Assembly: GCA_964187785.1 (NCBI GenBank)
Contig: OZ076420.1
Coordinates: 20,212,001-20,276,000 of the forward strand
Direction: 5' to 3'
DNA from: Amphiscolops sp. MND2022
Lineage: Eukaryota
DNA length: 64,000 nucleotides
Part shown: positions 11,531 through 21,030 of the stretch, piece after piece
How positions within the stretch are numbered: the stretch's first letter is position 1
How the letters are laid out: the number at the start of each line of letters is the position of its first letter
Program-made: the position numbers and the translations under genes
The notes under the pieces: model-generated
The model's input: the letters and a program-made list of their open reading frames with translations, nothing else
Database searches by the model: none
What the model was told of the DNA's origin: nothing

Positions 11531-12728
11531 TAGCAGTAAGAAACCACTGAAATCATTGATAGAACGCATATCGTGTTGGCTATATTCAAGTAGTAGGCGT
11601 GTTTTCTGTAGCTGAAAAGAACACTTTTATGCTTTTTGTTTTTGGTTACTCATTTGAAATCTTGATCTCAAATGAGTAACCAAAAACGAAACCCCAGAAA
11701 ACTGATTTTATCTGCAGTGCTTTTCTCAAGAATGGTTTCAGAAAATGGTTACGATTTGCTGAAATTTCTAGACCTCTAATGACAACCCATGCAGTTTTAA
11801 ATTGATTCGAGTGGTGAAAATGAATGTCAGGTACGAAAAAAATATATATTTTCGAAACAACTATTTTTTCCAAATTACTAATCAATTTGAATATTATATA
11901 CTAATGGTTGCTTCGTGTGAGCGCAGATACGACTCGCTAGTTCTCTGTACCAAAATTGTTTGTTGACATTGTTGACCTCAATTCCAGATTCACAGGCGTC
12001 GAAGATTGCATGATTCGTTGAGTGAACACCTTTACTCGAAAAAACCTCCGAATGACATCCAAAATTGACAAAATCACATGTGTTTCAAGAGTATGCTATT
12101 TTTAAATTGCTTAGAAGTTTTTTTGTGCATGGCTCAATTATTTGGCGCCCAGAATTGTCAGAGAAGACAAAAAAAGTAAACCACATCCTATGCCATGCGA
12201 AAAGACAGGAGACAGACATAGAAGAAAAGAATAAAGATTGTATTCAGGATTCGAAAAATTCTTATATGTCGCTGCGCTTTGATTTGTTTTCGAAATATTC
12301 CACAGATCCGGGTATCGATCATGCCTTGATTTTGTGTGTGTTTGTTTGCTCGCGAGATTGAAGGAGACAGATTTATAAGAATTTATAAGACTTCTGTAAT
12401 ATTTGACATGTAAGATCCGCCAGACCTCGCATTTGTTGATATAGTACATAATTTAACATTTTGCTGAAATTAAAGGTTTTAGATATCGGGAGTATGTAGT
12501 AACACCCAAGAACGTTAGCATTGGGGAACGAATGAAGAACCCCCCGACCAAAAAGTACCTCTACAAGACCAGTTTTTGTGTGAAAACTGATGCTTAGGAT
12601 TCTGTATGACTTCTAGATGTCCTAAGTAATTTCCCAGCACTAGATTGTGTTCCTTCGCTGCAGATAAACGTAGAGAAAAGTTCATTGGTATTTAGAATAA
12701 TAAGAAGTAATAATTTGATCAACCCCAG

Positions 12729-13234
12729 ACCCCCTTGTTACAGACCCCTTACAACAGACCCGAACCCGAACGTGGAAAGGTAAAAAATCACCATAATTCA
12801 TGCGTAAACAAAATGTGTCTGTTTCTTTGTTCTGTAGAAACGTGGCAAAGACTTCGACATCTATTACTTACCAATCCTGACTGGTCCTATCATCTCCGGA
12901 ATTGGGTACCTAAGAGGTGTGATCGCGGTACTGCTGCTTCCTGTCACCCTGGCAGAAACATCCTGCAACCCCGTCGTCACTGTTTTCTACCACTCTGCTC
13001 TCGGAGCCTGTCTGCTGCAGATTGGCATGAATTGGATGGAAGTTGCAGGTTAGTTCTGTTCGGAATGTTTCCCCTACCTAACGTGGAACTTATTGGTAAC
13101 ATCAATGATCTGAAGAAGCTTCTTATTCTTTAAATGAGGTGTCCATTGTCGCAATCAGGATTCCTCTAGACAGGCTTTCACCATGGCAGAGTTTGTTCTT
13201 CGAGCGTGAAATTGCCAAATTCAAGATCCGCTGA
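12729..13234 (+). CDS. Candidate host gene, last exons of a hydrophobic protein (not in the ORF track)
   Basis: Exons ~12729-12779, 12838-13048 and 13170-13234 join in frame via GT..AG introns: ...RPEPERGK|KRGKDFDIYYLPILTGPIISGIGYLRGVIAVLLLPVTL...LLQIGMNWMEVA|DRLSPWQSLFFEREIAKFKIR*. Family not recognised. Confidence 0.4.
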
Positions 13235-13314
13235 ACCAAACTACCAATTTCGAAAATATTATAGGGATTTTGCTAGTTTCTGTGTGGCAAAATCTCAGTT
13301 TTCCCTGAACACTT

Positions 13315-15202
13315 TGTTACGACTATTTATCGGTGTTGTTTTAGAGTTAGTCGCAGTATGGGTTTTAACGGGGGTAGACGTCCTGGCTACGGAAACATTC
13401 TCTGTTTCAGAGTCAGAGTCTTGAACATACATATGGACAGTTTGTTTCTTGTTTAAAGGTGCTATCAGTTTGAGCATTTCCTTTTGGTTTTCCGCAAGTA
13501 TTTTAGTCAGATCAGACATAATCTCCTTTCTTAGTGACGTTTTTATCTCAGCCAAGCCTTCTGGTTCTATCCTAGGAATCTTGCTGGAACTAGCTACAAG
13601 GGTTTCAGGCGGAAAGTGTTCGGTTATAGAGGTTTCGAAATCACCTGAGACTAACTCAGCTACGGCTTTCCTTTTTTGGCTTCTAGTTGTCATTTCGGTT
13701 GAGAGAGAGAGAAAGTATCTTTGGAAAAATTGACTTCTTCAAAGATTTAAGTTTTCTTTTGAACACGTTATGATAACGGAACAGAACTAATTATTACAAA
13801 GCAGGTCAAAAACTAACTGATTTACATGTATGTTTTACATATTTATACCTTCCCAGCATCATTTGTTCCTCACCTAAAAATTCCTAGGTATCACAAAAAT
13901 CAGTTTTGTTCAACAAAAAGCGCTAATGATTCATATTATTTCAGTCCCGCGTCATGAAATCAGGTATCAAAATTCCTAGTTGCGTCAGTGTTCCGTAAAA
14001 CTTTGTTGAAATCATTTTCGTTCAGGCGATTCATTTCCTGTTTGAGCTTCAAAATTTCGGCAAAATAGAAGTCTAGCTGACATTTTCATCAGCGTAGGCA
14101 CGCCGGCATGAACAATTAGTCAGCAATCAAGTTAGGAAATTGAAGTTCGAAGTAAAAGAATGACACTCAAAAATGGCGACGGAATCGATACGAAATGAGT
14201 TAACTTGGAAGCGGAAGAAAAATGTGGAAGTTTGGTATAAAAGAACAAACGATGCTGAAACGGTAATCCCAAATTCGAACATATGAATTATCTGCTAATG
14301 GCATACTACATCATTCATATTGAACACAAATTAAGTCCAAACGGGACTTTAACGGAATGTAACAATGGTTATACAGCTAATTAGATGAGCGCAACATATT
14401 TTTAGTATCAAGTGGAAAGCAACTTCAACATTTTACACAATAACCGTGAAATTTGTCAGAACATAATCATAGTTTGGGTCAAAGCATAATCATAGTTTGG
14501 TCATTAGCCTGATGGTTGTTATCACAAAATACAACTGTTATTACTGACTTGAAAATAAGGAATTAGCGTTGACCTTACGTCTTGCATTAGGATTATTATT
14601 AAGATATTTTAAGTGTCATTGTAAACCAAGTAGATTTGTTCCATTAAGGAAGTACTAAACAAAACATAATGTCAACGCGATCTAGTGATTTATCTTGATG
14701 ATACAAATCCAGAACATAAAAATACCATTGCAATTTCTATCATACTTCCTTACAGTACAGTTTTCCTTATATAAGAATCATAACTCTTAAATCTTCCAAA
14801 CGCGTCGATTTAAAAACTTCATTTGGATTTCATTTGAACCAGTATTTCTCATTTGCGATTTTACAATTCGCTCTGTAGATGCTACGTACGTATTAAGATT
14901 ATCTATAGCTGAACAGCGGAATACAATTTTACAATCCGCTCCGTAAGTGCTCCGTACGTATTAAGATTGCTTATAGCTGAGCAGCAGTAGCAAGCGGAGT
15001 GAAAACGGAGAGCGTAGGCGATTTTATTTTCTTTTCTTAGCTGGTAAGCGTTGCTAGGGGCAACCAAGCGTAATTCTATTGGTACGAGCTCAGATAATTC
15101 CGCCGGCAAGCGACGCTATTGGTCCGTAAAAACAGAAACACCCGTTACTAGCCTAGTTGAGTGACGCTGTCATAACGTTGTAAACAGGAGCGGGTCGTGA
15201 CA
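13315..15202 (-). repeat. Gypsy-A 3' LTR (1,888 bp; lacks 433 bp present in the 5' LTR)
   Basis: Matches 26955-28829 then jumps to 29263-29278 (GGAGCGGGTCGTGACA). Carries the gag 5' ORF 13295-13693. Confidence 0.92.
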
Positions 15203-15950
15203 GGGCCCCTCTTGATGAGAGTGACAGGGGTAAAGCGTGGCAGTGCGGGATTTCTTTCTTTATTGTCACGGAGGGGCGACCATTGTCTTTTCTTGATTGG
15301 AGGGGGCCACGTCCTCTTCCTGACTTCATGTCTCTAATCTTCCTTTCTTCTTCGTCCAGCTGACGGACTTCCTTCTCTAGTCGCTCTACTTCCTCCAGAC
15401 GGCACTCGGGGGGTCTATTTATGATGTTAGGACGCAGATTTTCTTTTAAATGCGGCTGATTTATATTTGTTGCGTAGCGTCCGCGTCCACGGCCTAAGGA
15501 TGCGAGGTAGTGCCGGTCCTCTAAATCCAAGCCGTTAAGGGTTTCCAATTCCGCCAAGGAAGACTCATTCAGGTCGTTCAATCTTGCCGCATTTGGTATT
15601 CTTTCATTCCCCAGAACAGGGATATTTTCCGTCTCCTTTGGAACAGGAGTACGTTTTGTTGGGGAAGGTAAGCGTTGCGGGGAGTCTGGATCTTCGTAGT
15701 AGTCCGTGTCAGAGTCAGCTGCTGGTAGATTGAACGTGACTCTCCCAGTTTTTCTTTTCTTCTTAGGCGTCGGTGCCGTTTCAGGTGACTCGGAAGTGGA
15801 AACCAGTTCCGCATCGCTTCCGCGATAAACTTCGATTGATGAATCACTTAGTGAGCCAATCATGTTGAGCGGTAGAGTTTTCAGTGGTGTGCTCGTTTTT
15901 GCGTTTTCTTCATCAGAAGATATATCGATGACTAAAGAGTAGCTGTTCAT
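15153..15950 (-). CDS. Gypsy-A ORF3, 265 aa, low-complexity, probably disordered nuclear protein
   Basis: Intact ORF from ATG, sense to gag-pol, ending 50 nt inside the 3' LTR. Motifs LVIDISSDEE, PKKKRK, GRGRGR. No signal peptide or TM segment, so not env. Confidence 0.75.
   Translation of the reverse strand: MNSYSLVIDISSDEENAKTSTPLKTLPLNMIGSLSDSSIEVYRGSDAELVSTSESPETAPTPKKKRKTGRVTFNLPAADSDTDYYEDPDSPQRLPSPTKRTPVPKETENIPVLGNERIPNAARLNDLNESSLAELETLNGLDLEDRHYLASLGRGRGRYATNINQPHLKENLRPNIINRPPECRLEEVERLEKEVRQLDEEERKIRDMKSGRGRGPLQSRKDNGRPSVTIKKEIPHCHALPLSLSSRGALSRPAPVYNVMTASLN
15203..15213 (-). promoter_or_regulatory. Gypsy-A polypurine tract (imperfect, AAGAGGGGCCC)
   Basis: Directly precedes TGTCACGACCC at the LTR start on the minus strand; lies inside ORF3. 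Confidence 0.6.
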
Positions 15951-16547
15951 TTTGTTTATCGGAAAGTTTTCGCGACAATTTCCAGGTTCTGAGTTGCAGG
16001 AAAACTTGAATAGATTTGAAATTTCTACGCGTTGAGCTGGTCAAGCTGAAGATTTGGACGACAAATGAACGTTTCGAGTTCTTTCCTTCATAATTTTCGT
16101 CGAAATTCTATTGGTCGGTTTTTCCGCTTTCGTTTCGGTGCGTCTTGAGTTGGGAAAGGAAAGCTTTGCCAACTGCGCTGTGATTGGTCGAAACCTATAG
16201 GAATTAGTTTCTATATTTACGTTTCGTTTCTTTCTCGGTCAATGACGTCATGACGTCATTGATTTCTTCTCGAATATTCTACGTTCATATTCCGTAATTT
16301 TCAAAATGGCATCTTTTTTCAGGATTTCTTGGTGATTTTGATCACCTGTAGGATATTTCGGAGACGTTTTGTTTCCATGAATGCCATAATAGTCTTTCAC
16401 TGAAGTTGAAGATTAGATGATTTTTCCAATTACGTAGGGATGATGTTGTTAATTTTCCTTTAGGGTATTTACGTTCGCATAGCGTAATTCTTTCCTTTCT
16501 TGATTGTTGTTTTTGCTTTAGATTTCTTTTGAGGACAAGTATTGGTT
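15951..16547. promoter_or_regulatory. Putative bidirectional promoter between ORF3 and the antisense gene
   Basis: Head-to-head ATGs at 15950 (-) and 16548 (+). ATTGG (reverse CCAAT) boxes at 16110 and 16183. Perfect 24-bp palindrome with two TGACGTCA sites at 16239-16262. Confidence 0.55.
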
Positions 16548-19500
16548 ATGGATGAAGATTCTGATCTCCCTTCTCTCACTCCTGCTCCCAAAACTGGGTT
16601 TGTTGGCGGTAATGAAACAAACTTCTATTTTACTGACGATGACGTCTTCCATTCGGAGGTGGAGGTTGCAGTTACTTCCTCAGGTTGGTAAAATCTTACT
16701 GACTTCCATGGGTATTAGGACTATTGTTTTTGGTGATCAGCCAGTTTAGTCTTACCCGTAACTCTGACGCGTCTGAATCCAGATCTTGATTTTCAGTAAC
16801 TCAACCTGACAATTCTTTGGCTGTTGCTGCCGTCATTCCGACGGTTGAGGTTTTCCTCGTCAATGCTGAGATGCCAGCTTTGGTCTCTTCCACCGCTCCA
16901 GTTCTTGATGCCGCTGATCATGCTACTTCTTCTCTTTGTCTTGTTACTAGTGCACAATCAACTTCATTCCCTGGGTTCTCTTTGGTAGAAACCGTTACTC
17001 CTGTGGTTATTGGGTCTTCGAGTCCTGTCCTCCTTGAGTTATCCTGCATATTTTCGGCTGGTCTTGCATTAACTTCGGAGCCTCAAGTAGGTGAGGCTGG
17101 TGCCCCCTCCTCAGAAGGAGAAGAGAGTGATGGTTTCGAGAGACAGGCAGGAGGTAATGTTTAAAGGTCTTGTGGTGCGTTGTATTTACGTGATACCGTG
17201 GTAATTACCATATTTGTGTGGTTTTGTAGGTGCAACTGTCTTTCCTTTCCGGAAGACAAACGTGCGTTTTGAAACCCCTCCTAAACGACGCAAAGAAGAC
17301 AGTTCAGGGACTGTTCAGCAGGGTGTTAGTGGTCAGGATGACGAGCCGGGTTCGTCGACTGATATGAAGTTTTCAGTTTCTCCTGAGATGAAACGGTTTG
17401 GACAGCACTTGATGGCTGAAGTTGAGGCACGGACCAAATACCATTTACAGTCTGGTTAGTTGTGTAGTGGTTTCTTTCTAACTCTGTTGGTACTTCGGGA
17501 ATTGTATGTGGTCTAGTTGATATCTGCGTTTATCCGGGTGTTATACGTTTGTTTTTGGGAGTACTTCATTCTGTGTGTTGTAGGGTTCAATGACCTTGTG
17601 GAGAAAGTGGGAAGTTGGTTGGAGCGGCCGAAAAAGAAGTACAGCAGCCGTAATCAACTCCACCAGCGGATGTTGTCTTTGAATCCCTTATTTAAAGATT
17701 TTGTTACTGGTGCAAAGCGTGGTAGTGGCGACTTTTTTTCTGTCGGGTCTGTAAACGCGACGTAAAGATGGGGTCTCATGGCTCGTCGGAGATCATTCGT
17801 CATTACGAATCCAAGAAACATTGGGAACAGGATGTTGTTTATCGCCTGCATATGGGTCTGCCGATCTATAATAAGTTGATGGAACTGATGACTCTCTCTA
17901 GCCGTCAGGAGGATGATTTCCGTTCCCGCCCCTTTGTTGATCTGGGCCCTGAGTTTCCTTTCCCAGAAGATTTGTTGACCAAGCATGCAAAGGTTTATTC
18001 AAAAGTGCCTTTTTTGACTCTTGTTTCATGCTTCTGTGACTGGTTGCGGAGTGGCGGCGATTTCTCCTTAGTTCAACGACTATGGGGTCACTTCTTGGCT
18101 ACGTTGGGTGAACGGGAGCCAGAGTTTACTTTGAAGTGGAGTCGCTCTGAGACTGCAGTGAGTATGCTTCCTTGTTTTGTATTTCCCTCCTTGGTTTTGT
18201 TATTGTATTTGGATAGGGTCAGTGTAGTGTATTGGTGTTGGGGTGTCCTTTGGATCTTCTTTGCATCTGTTTTATTTTTGTAGGCGTTCGTGTGTCAAGG
18301 TGTTGCTCCGCGAGTGTTGCGTGCGACCTTGAGTGGTGCATCTGCCTTCGGTGCCTACGCCATCCAGTACGAGAAGGACACGGAGGATGAAAGTTGCTTC
18401 GTTGTCTTCTGGGAGGATGGGTATCTCAAAAAAGTGTGCATCGGCAGTGAGCCACTGGAGCAGCCAATGCCTTACTCTGAGCTTACACCCTTGTCCCGAT
18501 TCGTATGCTGTATGGAGGATGAGAAACTGCCTGTGTCAGTAGTCGGGGCCAGTCCGTCTTTGTTGCGTGTGTTGAGCGACAGTCGTGTTGACGGCAAGCG
18601 ATTTGTGGTTTGTCAGTCGTTCAATAGCGGATTCCTTCTGCAATGCGTGCGTCAAGCCCACCAAGACGTTTTTGGTATGGTTGAGATAACGACACTTGTG
18701 GACTATACTCTGCATCGTTTGAAAAGTGCCCTTTACGGTGCATGGACGGAAAACAAGGTCGTTCTGCGGAAGTGTGGGCGGCAAGGTTACGTTGACTTCT
18801 GTGATCTGCGTGCTCTACTTACGGACTTGATAGATCTTTGGCCTTCCATTCGGCCTTATATTCGCTGCACCGGAAAACCTGAGGCTAAGGAGTCATCTGA
18901 CTGGGTTATTGTTTGTAATTTTTATTTCTTTGTCTTCCTTTTGCTTCTTTCTTCTTTTTTTTTTCTCTTCTCTTTTTCCTCTTCGTCTGGCGGCGGGATG
19001 TCGGTTTAGCTGTTCTTTGTTATCATTTTACGTTGTATTTCTAGATGCAGGGGACAGATTGGTTGCTGGTGGCCGACAATTTGATTGTGTATCGATTCAG
19101 ACTGTTACGTTTCATTCTCGATACCTGTGAGTTTGATTTGGGTTTTGATTTTTGTTGACTGTGTTTGACTGGGTGTACTGTTGTATTTTGTTCTGCTTTG
19201 ACTGTTCTGTCCGTGATTGTCCGCTTGTGTTGGGGTTCTTATAGTAGTGTTCGTAAGTCTTCTGTGCTGTTTTAGACTATATCAACTTTGAGAAGTTGGA
19301 GCAGGGTCGAAGTGATTACGCGTTCCATGCGTACAATGAAGTTTGTAACTTCGTCTACTGCCTCCTATTAAAGACACGAGTGTCGAAACATCTTCCTGGT
19401 ATTGTTGAGTGGGAAGAATATATGGACGTGACTGCAGTCAGTGCCTTCCCCCATATCTCTATTAACGATTTCTTGATGAATTCTGAAGTTATTGTCAGAA

Positions 19501-20478
19501 GGGAAGACGAGTGAATTTGAGACGTTTCGTTTGCGGTGTCGTGAGTTTTTTGACCGTCTGATTTTGCTGCTGTTGAAGACTACTAGTGCGACATCTGCCA
19601 TCAGTAAAGGTTTATACAGCTTTTGTCCGGAGTTGATGCTGGAGGGAGACGACACTACTGCGTTTGCGTTATTTGCTGGTTTGTGTAAAGTGTTGGAGAC
19701 TTGTGGCGTTATTCCAATTGATGTTTCTAAAGCCGATGTAGAGGAATATACTAGCTACGTTGTGGAGAGGCGAAAGACTCATCTGAGTTCTGGGCAGTCT
19801 GCTAGTGGAGTGACGGATGTGGTGCAGCATCTATTGTTAGATTTTGGCTTCCAGGCGCGGCATCGGTTGCTTCGGGTGTTCAAACTTTGTTGTCTATTCG
19901 TGGGGATGCCTGCAGTCAAGTATCCTGTGGTAACATTTGATCTAAGTGGCAGCGCCTTGGAGTCTCGAAGTTTCCAGGACTGTTTACGCCTTGTTCAGTC
20001 CTACGTTATGTGTGCGGGGTATTCGCCTCAGCGTTTGTTTAGTGATCAGACCGTTAGAGCTGTTCAGCGGGCTGTGGCTGATTCTGGCGTCTTCTTTGTG
20101 ACTGCAGGGTACGATCTATGGAAGACCTTCTGTAAAACCGATAAAGATGCCTTTGCTGCGCGGTATGTGACTCTGTACAACACATTTTTGAATGAACGCC
20201 GTAAGGCTTTCGATGCAGAGTACAGTGCCTGTAATGTGGCTAATCGTTTGCCTCGCGTTCGCTCTGAGAGTAAAACATCTGGTCGTTTGTCACGTTCTGA
20301 GTGTGGTAGTGATGTCGCTAGTTCAACGAGTTCAGTGGGTACAGTAATTCAGAAGAAAGGGACAGCAGGTTCTTCAAAAGAAAAAACGTCGGAAACGTCT
20401 CGGAAGAAGAAAAACTCTCAACCTCAAGATAAAGATCCTGAAGTGCTTCATAAACTGAAGAAAGCTACCAAGCAATAA
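16548..20478 (+). pseudogene. Antisense 7-exon gene of Gypsy-A: BED-like zinc finger + hAT-transposase-like protein, ~1,068 aa, two single frameshifts
   Basis: Exons 16548-16683, 16797-17153, 17230-17454, 17584-18157, 18284-18910 (donor could be 18904), 19045-19126, 19276-20478. All six introns are GT..AG and keep frame. Frameshifts at the T7 run 17733-17739 and near 19490. Zn finger FCRVCKRDVKMGSHGSSEIIRHYESKKH. Confidence 0.82.
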
Positions 20479-20913
20479 ATTGTAAATTCTGACTGCTTAT
20501 TGATAGAGCCTCATGTACTTTTGATCTTGATGATTTGATATGTATTTTGTCGAGATACGTCTAGTATCCGTAGAATTTATGTAGTTTAGAAGATCCAAGT
20601 AAAATTTGACGTAGCCGTTCCGGTTCGGTTTGGAATGCTGATTTTTCATCTAGTTCTGAGTTGACCGTAAGTCCTCCGTAGTAACTGAGTCAAGCATTCT
20701 AAAGTCAGGATTCGCATTAGGTCTAGGATTAGGTCTCAGGTTGTATCTTCCCACTTTTCTAGATTATATCCAACGACGATAGGTGGCAATTCGGGAGTTT
20801 TGGGAGGGCTTTGTATCGGTGGTGGGGTCAAAAAATATGGGTTATCGATGATATCTAGGTCGAATGACGTGACGTTGTCAGAGGGTGTTCTATCTCCTTC
20901 AGTGTTTCCATTT

Positions 20914-21030
20914 GTGGCTGTTTGAACCACGTCATTTTCCATTGTAGTTTCGCCTGTGGTTGTTTTAACCACTTCATTTTCCGTTGTATCTTCGTTTGTG
21001 GCTGTTTTAACCACATCATTTTCCGTTGTG
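20914..21030. repeat. 42-bp (14-aa) tandem repeat in the integrase C-terminal tail
   Basis: About 2.8 units starting at 20914, 20956 and 20998; encode ENDVVKTATNEDTT-like repeats. Confidence 0.8.

Noticed and set aside
15153-15950. ORF3 as env
   Set aside because: Right position, but no signal peptide, furin site followed by a fusion peptide, or TM anchor in either element.
16548-20478. Antisense gene as an independent hAT transposon nested in the retroelement
   Set aside because: No TIRs or 8-bp TSD seen around it. The same position, orientation and neighbour (ORF3) in two diverged elements is unlikely for independent insertions. Not formally excluded without alignment.
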